From NCBI GenBank assembly GCA_016235455.1, contig JACRKZ010000115.1:1-17853 (forward strand): 17,853 nucleotides of DNA, given 5' to 3'. The position numbers and the translations under genes were made by a program. A model generated the notes under the pieces. That model worked only from the letters and a program-made list of their open reading frames with translations, was not told the origin of the DNA and did not search any database. This document shows, piece by piece, positions 8,203-16,130 of the stretch (position 1 is the stretch's first letter; every line of letters begins with the position of its first letter). The DNA comes from Armatimonadota bacterium. GTDB lineage: Bacteria; Armatimonadota; UBA10988.

Positions 8203-9105
8203 ATGCCGGATCAGCAGCCGCCACAGTCGAGCATCGTTCTCTACCGGACCGAGGACGGCCGCTCGCGCGTCGAATGCCGCTTCGAGGATGAGACGATCTG
8301 GCTGTCCCAGGCGCTCATCGCGGAGCTGTTCGATAAGGACGTGCGCACGATCAGTGAGCACCTGGCCAACATCTACGCGGAGCGCGAACTGGAGCCAGGG
8401 GCAACTATCCGGAGTTTCCGGATAGTTCGTCAGGAAGGTTTACGTCAGGTCGTTCGCGACATCGAGCACTATAGCCTGCCGGCCATTCTGGCCGTCGGCT
8501 ACCGGGTGCGGAGCCAGCGCGGCACGCAGTTCCGCCAGTGGGCCACCGAGCGCCTGAGCGAGTATCTGGTCAAGGGCTTTACCATCGACGACCAGCGCCT
8601 GGCCAACCCACCGAGCCCGACACGCGGCGCTTCTTCCAGACGGTGCAGAACAAGCTGCATTTCGCGGTGACCGGCAAGACCGCCCCCGAGCTCATCGCCG
8701 AACGGGCCGACGCGACCAAGCCCAACATGGGCCTGACCACCTGGAAGGGCCAGGTCGTGCGACGCGGCGACGTCACGGTGGCCAAGAACTACCTGACCGA
8801 ACCCGAGATCGACGAGCTCAACCGCATCGTGGTCATGTTCCTGGACTACGCTGAAGACCAGGCCCGCCGGCGCCGGCAGGTGTTGCTGAGCGACTGGCAG
8901 ACCCGGCTCGACGACTGGCTCCGCTTCAACGAGCGCGACGTGCTGCCTGACGCCGGCCGGGTCTCGCGGGCCGCCGACGACGAGCTGGCCGAGCAAGCCT
9001 ACGAGCAGTTCAGCTCGCGGCGGCGCGAGCAGACGGAACTGGACGCGCTACGCGAGCTGGAGGACCAGGCCCGGCGACTGCCGCGCAGCCAGGCGAGGCC
9101 AGGTC
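8203..9105 (+). pseudogene. rhuM: Virulence RhuM-family protein, disrupted (frameshift with apparent internal deletion; no stop at the expected end)
   Basis: Frame 1 from ATG 8203 has ETIWLSQALIAELF...ILAVGYRVRSQRGTQFRQWATERLSEYLVKGFTIDDQRLANPP and stops at 8670. Another frame resumes at about 8607 with PTEPDTRRFFQTVQNKLHFAVTGKTAPELI...NMGLTTWKG...AKNYLTEPEIDELNRIVVMFLDYAE and reads on to 9473, through the convergent gene. The end coordinate is approximate. Confidence 0.88.
8403..8427. repeat. Perfect 11-bp inverted repeat inside the rhuM coding sequence
   Basis: AACTATCCGGA-GTT-TCCGGATAGTT; the arms are exact reverse complements. Confidence 0.95.
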
Positions 9106-12100
9106 CTAGAGCCCCACCTCCGCCTCGCGCTCCACCCGCACCGTCTTCCCCGCCAGCCCCAACTCCGGCCCGCCGCAGCCGTGGTAGACCCGCGCGCGCC
9201 GGCCAGCGGCCAGCGGCTGGCCGTCCAGGCTGCGCGCCGTATACAGCGCCGGCGAGGCATAGCGCTTCCCACCGGCCTCCGTGGCGTGGACCGCGACGAA
9301 CGTCGGCGACCAGACCGCGAACCCATAGCGCGGCAAGGTCACGCGGCCGAGCACCGGGCCGGCGTCGAGGGTCACCGGCTGGGCGCCGTAGTTGGCCACG
9401 ACATTCAGGTCCGCGCCGAACCGCGTGCGCTCCACGCCGTCACGCACCGAGTGCGCTTCCAACGGCAGGTTGAAGGCCAGGCGGTTGACCCAGCTCAGCA
9501 CCTCGTAGGTGTTCTTGATGAAGCGGTCGGTGCGACCCAGGTCGCGGGTCCAGCCCTCACGCCGCGCGAACGGCGGCTGGCGGTTGGCAGCCGTGGTGGG
9601 AGTGAAGGTGACCGTGGCGCCCAGATGCAGCGTGCCCAGGTGGTAGCGGCCGCCGGCGCCCTCGCCCTGAGCGATGGCCTGGCGCTCGCCAGCCGCGTTG
9701 ATTACGCCGATGTACATGTCCACATCGCCGGTCAACCCCGCCGGCACGGTCACGCGACGTGGGCCCTCGACCGCCTCCACGCCCGCCGCCCAGCGACTGC
9801 TGCCCTCCAGGCGATGGTCGTCCTGGAAGACGATGCCCTCGGCCCGCGCGGCACCGGCCTGGGTGAAGTGGACGAACGCCGTGTAGTCGGCCGGCAGCGC
9901 CGCGGTGGGCCGCCAGCGGTAGGTGACGTCGATCGCACCATCAGCGCCCTTGACCTCGGCGCGGACGCTCACCGGCAGCGGCTCGGCGTCGGCCGCCTGC
10001 CAGTAGAGGTGGTTGCCGAACTCGTAGACCGGCATCTCGCCATAGACCAGGTAGTCCAGCAGATGCTTGTCATCGCCGGCGGCCAGGCGCGTGCTCTGGT
10101 GGGTGGTCGTGCTCACGCAGTCGTGGTAAGCGATCAGGAAGGCGGGCAGCACCTCGCCGGGCTCGGTGTCCCACTTCTGGCCGAGTTGGCCTTCGAGGTA
10201 GTCGGCCACCGGCACGGCCCATTCGCGGCCCTCCTCGGAGCCGAAGATGCCCATCTGCTCGCGCGCATAGCGGCACAGGCGCATCTTGTAGTCCAGGTCC
10301 ACCGCCCGACCCCAGCGGTCCGCCGGATCCTGTGAATCGACCAGCCCCCAGGCGAAGACCGTGTCGATGAACAGGGCCGTCGGGCCAAACAGCCGCTTGA
10401 CCTCGGGCAGGTTGCGCTGGGCAAGCTCCACCTGGCTCTGGGGCCGCACCTGCCAGGCCTGACCGCCGGCCCAGTTGCCGCCCATCAGCGACTTGCCGTT
10501 GGCATCCTTGCGCAGGTACTTGTGGTCGAAGCTCGGCGCGTCCTGATACATGTCCTGGTAGTTGTCGTGCAGACCGAACAAGTAGCCCTGGGCCTTGATC
10601 CGCGCGGCGGCCGCAGCCAGCCCGGCGTTGCCGCCACATTCGGGCGCCGCCGGCAGGATGTCGGGGTGCTGGTTGTCGTACCCGCGCTTGATCCAGCCGG
10701 CCAGCACCACCATGGCCTTGTCCAGTTGCAGGTCGCGCTTCCAGTGCTCGGCGGCCTGGGCCGTCTCGTCGAACGTGAATCCGACGTGGATCTGCTCCCG
10801 GCCCGATTTGTTCCACACCGAATCGGCCACGGTCCGCGTGAAGACGAACGGCTTGAAGTCGGCCGCGCCAGCCATGGCGTTGACCTCGGGGTGGGTTTTG
10901 GCCCGCTCCGCGCGGGTCACGCGCCAGCCGGCGCGCTCGGCCACGGCGCGGTAGGCGCGCGCGGCGGTGACATAATCGCCGCGACCCAGCGGGTGCAGCG
11001 TGATCTGGTGCGCATCGCTGGCCAACTCGATGCTGTGCTGGATGACGCGCGCACCCGCCAGCCGTTGGTCGTCGAGCCAGGCGCGGCGCACCTGCCAGCG
11101 CACGTCAACGCCATCCCAGGTGACCAGCAGGGCCGCGCCCTGCTGCTCGAGTGTCATCATCTGCATCGAGGAGTCGTCGTAGGTCAGCCGCGACTCCACC
11201 GTGGGCAGGCCGTCGGCGGCGGTCAGCCCCTTGCCCAGCCGGATCGGTAGCACCGTGCGGCCCGCGCCGGCGTCGGTCACGGGCAGGCCGCCGTCCAGCA
11301 GCCACACGCGGTCCACCTGCCACTCACTCTGGCCCACGGCTTCCCAGCGCAGGCGCAGGCCCGCGGGCGGCAGCGCGTCGGCCTCGGCATGGATGCGCAG
11401 GGCCAGACCGGTGGGCTTGCCGTCCAGCGCGGCCAGCGCCTGCTCGACCACCACTTGCCCGGCCGGCGACGCGACCGCGCGCAGGTCGTTGAGCACCAAT
11501 GGCAGCCGCTCGGCGCCGCGCCGCAGCACCACGCGTCCGAGCCGCGCCTGCACCGGGTTGGAGGTCCAGGTCACGCCGGCGGCGCGGTCGGTCAGCGTCC
11601 ACCGGCCCGAGCCGGGCTCCAGCGCGAAGTCGAACCCCCCGCCGGCCAGCTTGAGCGGCCCGCGCAGCGTGGTCGCGGCAGCCTGCCGGCGGGCCACTTC
11701 GGCGGCCCGCAAGGCATCGGGCCCCTTGGGCGTCGCGCCGCGCCCGGCCTTCGGGTCGACCGTGACGCTGCCCGCGGCGACGTCCAGCAGACGTGGCCCG
11801 CCGGCGGGGTCGAACACGCCCACATGCACGTTGTAGCGGCCCGCGGCGGCGTCGGCCGGCACGGTGACCAGCAGCGGCCCATCCATGATCGTGTCGCCGG
11901 GCATCCAGTAGCCCACCGGCTCAAACGGGTCGTGATCCGCCTGCCAGGCGATCTTGGCGCAGCCCTTGTCGGGATCCTCGAAATGCACGAACACGCGGCA
12001 GTTCTGGGCCGTGACCGCCGTGCCGGTGTTGCGGAACCAGCAGGTGAGCGACACGGTGGCACCGGGCGCCAGCGTCGCCGGCAGCACTTCGGCTCGCTGC

Positions 12101-12186
12101 AACTCGGGGCGGAAGCCGGCGGGCTGAGCGCCGACGAGGGCGGCGGCCAGCAGCACTGGCGCCAGGGCACGGAATAGGTGGACCAT
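9106..12186 (-). CDS. Secreted glycoside hydrolase-like protein (DUF5696 / GH129-GH101-like TIM barrel) with two Ig-like accessory domains (1026 aa)
   Basis: Signal peptide MVHLFRALAPVLLAAALVGA and RBS GAGGA. Motifs LAGWIKRGYDNQHPDILPAAPECGG, GYLFGLHDNYQDMYQDAPSFD, LFIDTV and GSEEGREWAVP...EG resemble GH129-type enzymes. Confidence 0.8.
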   Translation of the reverse strand: MVHLFRALAPVLLAAALVGAQPAGFRPELQRAEVLPATLAPGATVSLTCWFRNTGTAVTAQNCRVFVHFEDPDKGCAKIAWQADHDPFEPVGYWMPGDTIMDGPLLVTVPADAAAGRYNVHVGVFDPAGGPRLLDVAAGSVTVDPKAGRGATPKGPDALRAAEVARRQAAATTLRGPLKLAGGGFDFALEPGSGRWTLTDRAAGVTWTSNPVQARLGRVVLRRGAERLPLVLNDLRAVASPAGQVVVEQALAALDGKPTGLALRIHAEADALPPAGLRLRWEAVGQSEWQVDRVWLLDGGLPVTDAGAGRTVLPIRLGKGLTAADGLPTVESRLTYDDSSMQMMTLEQQGAALLVTWDGVDVRWQVRRAWLDDQRLAGARVIQHSIELASDAHQITLHPLGRGDYVTAARAYRAVAERAGWRVTRAERAKTHPEVNAMAGAADFKPFVFTRTVADSVWNKSGREQIHVGFTFDETAQAAEHWKRDLQLDKAMVVLAGWIKRGYDNQHPDILPAAPECGGNAGLAAAAARIKAQGYLFGLHDNYQDMYQDAPSFDHKYLRKDANGKSLMGGNWAGGQAWQVRPQSQVELAQRNLPEVKRLFGPTALFIDTVFAWGLVDSQDPADRWGRAVDLDYKMRLCRYAREQMGIFGSEEGREWAVPVADYLEGQLGQKWDTEPGEVLPAFLIAYHDCVSTTTHQSTRLAAGDDKHLLDYLVYGEMPVYEFGNHLYWQAADAEPLPVSVRAEVKGADGAIDVTYRWRPTAALPADYTAFVHFTQAGAARAEGIVFQDDHRLEGSSRWAAGVEAVEGPRRVTVPAGLTGDVDMYIGVINAAGERQAIAQGEGAGGRYHLGTLHLGATVTFTPTTAANRQPPFARREGWTRDLGRTDRFIKNTYEVLSWVNRLAFNLPLEAHSVRDGVERTRFGADLNVVANYGAQPVTLDAGPVLGRVTLPRYGFAVWSPTFVAVHATEAGGKRYASPALYTARSLDGQPLAAGRRARVYHGCGGPELGLAGKTVRVEREAEVGL

Positions 12187-12222
12187 CGGGCTGCGTTCCT
12201 CACGCGTCTGCGACGCGCCGCG

Positions 12223-14067
12223 TCATGGATTCGGTGTGTAACCTGTATACGGCGTGGTGCCGCCTTGGCCTCTTTGGATCCGGCGAGTCTCTTCGCCGCG
12301 CGTCTCGGCGATGAGCGTGGCGAACGGGTTGCCATTGAAACAGACCTCGCCGAACCAAGCGAAGACCGACGAGGACTCGTTGACGAACATGGGCGCCAGC
12401 TCACCCGCGGTGGTGGTGTAGCTGAACCCGCCGAGGATCTCGCTGCGTCCACCGTCGCGCGTGGCCAACAACGTGCCTCCGCGCTCGGTCTTGTAGCCAA
12501 GCACCCACAAGTCTCCGCCGCTGTTGTCCAGGTGCAGGCCTTCGTTCTCGATGTTGAGTTGCCGGGCCCACACCCGCTGCCGGCGCAGCCGCAGATCGTG
12601 GGTCACAACGTCTTCCAGGAACACCCGACCGCCCTCGCTGCCCGCGCCGCTGACCAGCGGGCTGTCGGACACGCTGCGCAGGACGAGCGTGCGTGGCGTG
12701 TCCAGCCCGATGCCGCCGCCAATGTGCGCGAAATGCTCGATGACCACGACCGGCGCCTCGCCCTCGGCCAGACGGAAGTCGGGGCGCAGCCCCTTCCCGT
12801 AGTTGACCATCCCACCCACGCCGACCATGCGCCGCACGTGCCGGCCGAAGGTGACGGTCTGGCGCAGGTTGTAGCTGCCGGGCAGGAAGACGGTCGCCGC
12901 GCCGGAGTCCATGGCCTTCTGGATAGCGGCCGAGGAGTCTGCCCGCCCGGTAGGGTCGGCGCCGAAGGCATCGACATTGGCCCAGGTGGCCGGGTCGTCC
13001 CAGGGCACGGCCGGCGGCTCCTCGATGGGCAGCCGCAGTGAGGTCGCCGGCGACGGGAACGGGCTCGTCGCGGGCCGGCTGGTGTATTCGACGAGGTTGG
13101 GGCCGAGCGAGCCGGGCTTGTCCTCGCCCTGGATGCGGAAGGCGGCGGCGAAGTCGGGCGTCTGCATGTCGGCCAGGGCGCGAGCATAGCCGCTGGTCTT
13201 CACGTCGCGCAGCCAAACTCGGCCGCTGTTGTAGTTGACGATGGCCGGTGCGCGCGAAGCGTTGCCGGAGCCGGTCAAGGTGGCTTCCAGCAGGGCCAGC
13301 GTGCCATAGGTGCCCACGGCCGGCACGCTGTTGTCGCTGACCAGGTCGCGGATGCTGACGGTCTGACCCTCGTTGTGGAAGGCAATGTCGCGCTGGCCGC
13401 GCAGGCGGATATGCTCGAACGTCTGGCCGTTGACCGCGTGCGCGGTGGCGATGCCTCGGGCGAACCCGACCACCTCGCAATCGCGCACGAGCAGCGGCCC
13501 GTTCATGTCCCGGTGAGCCAGGTCGAGGCCGACCGCCCCGCTCCCTTCGGCCGCCACGAACCGGCAGTTGCGCACCGCGCCGCTGTTGTTGGCGTAGAAG
13601 GCCAGGCCGGTCGCGCCGGGATTGCCGACACCGACGTCGAAGGTCAGGTTCTCTGCGTAGTTGTGGAACCAGTCAGCCGAGCCGAACCCGCCGCACCACA
13701 TGATCGGCTGGGGCCGGGCCGCGTCGGTGAAGGTGCCGTCGCGCAGACGCAGCACGCAGCGGTCGCGATGCTCGCCGCGCAGGTAGGTCTTGCCCCAGTT
13801 GTCGTGCTCGGCGTAGCGCTTGGGCCAGGTCAGCGTGCGCGTGATCAGGTAGGTGCCGGCCGGGAAGAACAGCAGCCGATGGTGCCCCACGTTCTCGTTG
13901 AGCGCCTGCTGCAGCGCCGGCGTGTCGTCGGTCACACCATCGCCGCGGGCCGAGTACGGCGGCTGGGTGACGTTGACGACGAACGGCGAGGCAGCGAACG
14001 GCTGTGCCCCGCCGCGCATCGCCAGCGCTGTCACCGTCGCCAGAACCAGGGCTTGCCGGGTGCGCAT
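12223..14067 (-). CDS. Secreted pectate_lyase_3 / GH55-like beta-helix protein with two repeated units (614 aa)
   Basis: Start is the ATG at 14067, with RBS GGAGG and signal MRTRQALVLATVTALAMRGGA. Two family motifs: VNVTQPPYSARGDGVTDDTPALQQAL...LFFPAGTYLI and ANVDAFGADPTGRADSSAAIQKAMDSGAATVFLPGSY. Confidence 0.85.
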   Translation of the reverse strand: MRTRQALVLATVTALAMRGGAQPFAASPFVVNVTQPPYSARGDGVTDDTPALQQALNENVGHHRLLFFPAGTYLITRTLTWPKRYAEHDNWGKTYLRGEHRDRCVLRLRDGTFTDAARPQPIMWCGGFGSADWFHNYAENLTFDVGVGNPGATGLAFYANNSGAVRNCRFVAAEGSGAVGLDLAHRDMNGPLLVRDCEVVGFARGIATAHAVNGQTFEHIRLRGQRDIAFHNEGQTVSIRDLVSDNSVPAVGTYGTLALLEATLTGSGNASRAPAIVNYNSGRVWLRDVKTSGYARALADMQTPDFAAAFRIQGEDKPGSLGPNLVEYTSRPATSPFPSPATSLRLPIEEPPAVPWDDPATWANVDAFGADPTGRADSSAAIQKAMDSGAATVFLPGSYNLRQTVTFGRHVRRMVGVGGMVNYGKGLRPDFRLAEGEAPVVVIEHFAHIGGGIGLDTPRTLVLRSVSDSPLVSGAGSEGGRVFLEDVVTHDLRLRRQRVWARQLNIENEGLHLDNSGGDLWVLGYKTERGGTLLATRDGGRSEILGGFSYTTTAGELAPMFVNESSSVFAWFGEVCFNGNPFATLIAETRGEETRRIQRGQGGTTPYTGYTPNP

Positions 14068-14143
14068 GGCACATCCTCCGGGGCCAGTGTGAGCCAACGC
14101 GGCCAGCGGCGCAAGCGGCCGCCCGCGCCGCGGTGCGCCGCGC

Positions 14144-14172
14144 TTGTGGACGCGCGCGCGTCATGGTAGTCT
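14144..14172 (+). promoter_or_regulatory. Predicted sigma70 promoter with extended -10 for the methyltransferase gene
   Basis: TTGTGG (14144-14149), 17 nt, TAGTCT (14167-14172) preceded by TGG. It lies 19 nt before the ATG at 14192. Confidence 0.5.
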
Positions 14173-14191
14173 CGACAGGTCGGAGCACCAC

Positions 14192-14926
14192 ATGCCGGGC
14201 ATCGCTGAGCGCGTCGAGGACTACTGCCGTCAGATCAGCTTCCGGGGCCTGCGCCCCGAGACGCCCTTGCCGGCCTGGTCGCTGCCGCTGTTCCGGCGCG
14301 CCGAGTACATGCACCTCTCGGTCGAGCGGGCCATCACCCGGCTGCCCGACGCCCAGATGGCGGCCAGGCTGGCACCGCTCCTGCCCATGCGCCGCATGGC
14401 CACGGTGGCCATTGGCTCGGTGCTCAACACCATCGTCAGCCAACTGCCCAGCGACCAGTGCTATGTCAACGTCGGCTGCTGGCACGGCTTCTCGCTGTTG
14501 GCCGGCATGGTCGGCAACCCCGACAAGCGCTGTGTGGGGATCGACAACTTCTCCGAGTTCGGCGGCCCGCGCGAGTCGTTCCTGCAGCGGTTCGAGCGTC
14601 ACCGCTCGGCCCAGCACGAGTTCTGGGAGATGGACTACCACGCTTACTTCGCCGATGTGCACCAGGGCGCCATCGGTTTCTACCTGTACGACGGAGAGCA
14701 CAGCTACGAGAACCAGTTGGAGGGCCTGCTGACGGCCGAGCCGTTCCTCGCGCCGGAAGCCATCATCGCCGTCGACGACACGAACTGGGATTCCGCGCAT
14801 CAGGCGACGCTCGACTTCATGGCGCGCGCCGCTGGCGGCTACCGCCTGCTGTTCGACCAGCGCACCGCGATCAACGGCCATCCCACCTACTGGAATGGCC
14901 TGATGGTGCTGGCGCGCGTGGCCTAG
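14192..14926 (+). CDS. Class I SAM-dependent methyltransferase (Methyltransf_24-like, 244 aa)
   Basis: RBS GGAG before ATG 14192. Motif I YVNVGCWHGFS, then VGIDNF, YLYDGEHSYE and IIAVDDTNW, characteristic of this family. Confidence 0.85.
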   Translation: MPGIAERVEDYCRQISFRGLRPETPLPAWSLPLFRRAEYMHLSVERAITRLPDAQMAARLAPLLPMRRMATVAIGSVLNTIVSQLPSDQCYVNVGCWHGFSLLAGMVGNPDKRCVGIDNFSEFGGPRESFLQRFERHRSAQHEFWEMDYHAYFADVHQGAIGFYLYDGEHSYENQLEGLLTAEPFLAPEAIIAVDDTNWDSAHQATLDFMARAAGGYRLLFDQRTAINGHPTYWNGLMVLARVA

Positions 14927-14933
14927 CCGGCAT

Positions 14934-16022
14934 TCACGCGCCGAACACCCGCCGCCGCAACGCGCGGCAGTAGTACTCGTAGTTGGCCCACGACACGTCG
15001 TCGGGCACCAGATGGTCCAGGTCGGGAATGTAGCCGCCGCCCTCGACCGCCGGCCAGACGCGCGCCAGCTCCGCCTCGATGGCGTCCGGCCCCACAGCCA
15101 GCGCGCGCTTGTCGATGCCGCCCATCATGCCCATGGCCGGGTAGCGGGCGCGGATGTCGTTGATATCGCAGCCGGCGGCCACCTCGGCGGGGAACAGGTA
15201 GTTCACGCCAGCCTCGAGCATCGGCGCCATGATCGCCTCGGGCTGGCCATCGGTATCCACCGACAGCAGCGGGATGCCGTGCTGCTCGGCAAAGGCCTTG
15301 ATGCGCCGGTAACCGGGGCCCATGAACTCGCGCCAGTGTGCCGGCGAGATGAGCGGCCCCTGCTTGCCGCACATGTCCTCCCAGATGTGGATGATATCCA
15401 CCCGCACGCCGGCCTCGACCACCGCGCCGAACACCGCCAGGTAGATGTCGGTCATGGTCTCCATGATGTCGTGGATCAGCTCAGGGTCGTCGTAGAAGGT
15501 GACCAGGCACTCCTCATCGCCCAGCAGCCAGCGCACCGCGCCAAACAGACCGTCGGGGTAGCCGCCGAGTTGGATGGGCAGGTCGCGCTTCATCCAGTCG
15601 GCGCAGTGCTCACGCCACGGGCCGGCCAGCCGCTCGGGATGGTGTGGATCCATGCGCTCGGCCTTGTAGGCCGCCCAGTCGTCCCGGCCGGCAATGGGGA
15701 ACCGAACGAAGGTGGGCATCGACTCGCCGTGCTTGGTGTCGCGCCGGGTGATGCCCCAGCCGTCGATCCAGGTGCGCGTGTCGTCGTCCTCGGCGATGAC
15801 CTGGTGCGGCACCCGGGGGCATGGGCCGCACAGCACCGGCACGCCCACGGGCCCGCTGTCGGGCGCGGCGAACGAGCGCGCGTCGGTGACGCTGTCGGGC
15901 TTGCCCTCGCGCTGCCAGCGCTGCCAGGCGGTGCCCCACGGCCCCCAGTGCAGGCAGTAGGGCACGCGGTCGACGTCCTGGCCCAGCAGGCAGCGGATGT
16001 AGCGTTCGCGGTCGGACAGCAT
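14934..16022 (-). CDS. Uroporphyrinogen decarboxylase (URO-D)/MtaA-CmuA-like family protein (362 aa)
   Basis: Start is the ATG at 16022 with RBS GGAG. MLSDRERY...DRVP, FYDDPELIHDIM, IWEDMCGKQGPLISP, VDTDG, MGGIDKR and GGYIPDLDHLVPDDVSWANY fit the family. It is not a canonical HemE, so no symbol is given. Confidence 0.9.
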   Translation of the reverse strand: MLSDRERYIRCLLGQDVDRVPYCLHWGPWGTAWQRWQREGKPDSVTDARSFAAPDSGPVGVPVLCGPCPRVPHQVIAEDDDTRTWIDGWGITRRDTKHGESMPTFVRFPIAGRDDWAAYKAERMDPHHPERLAGPWREHCADWMKRDLPIQLGGYPDGLFGAVRWLLGDEECLVTFYDDPELIHDIMETMTDIYLAVFGAVVEAGVRVDIIHIWEDMCGKQGPLISPAHWREFMGPGYRRIKAFAEQHGIPLLSVDTDGQPEAIMAPMLEAGVNYLFPAEVAAGCDINDIRARYPAMGMMGGIDKRALAVGPDAIEAELARVWPAVEGGGYIPDLDHLVPDDVSWANYEYYCRALRRRVFGA

Positions 16023-16130
16023 GGCGGGCGGCTCCCGACGCCAACCGTAGCGCATGGCGGGGGTCCGAGGCAAGCGACCTGGAGGACCATCGGCCCGCGG
16101 CGTCGAACCCCACCTCCGAACGAGGAAACC

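Noticed and set aside
8074-8361. N-terminal extension of the 983-aa ORF
   Set aside because: It is antisense to rhuM and spans its promoter. The RBS and signal peptide support the GTG at 8073.
8600-8625. Programmed ribosomal frameshift in rhuM
   Set aside because: There is no slippery heptamer, and a conserved block appears to be missing, which a frameshift alone would not restore.
670-14169. Many long alternative-frame or antisense ORFs (e.g. 670-1779, 1846-3636, 4338-5459, 9181-10335, 12178-13041)
   Set aside because: They are Arg/Gly/Ala/Pro-rich shadow frames expected at high GC, show no recognisable motifs, and overlap better-supported genes.
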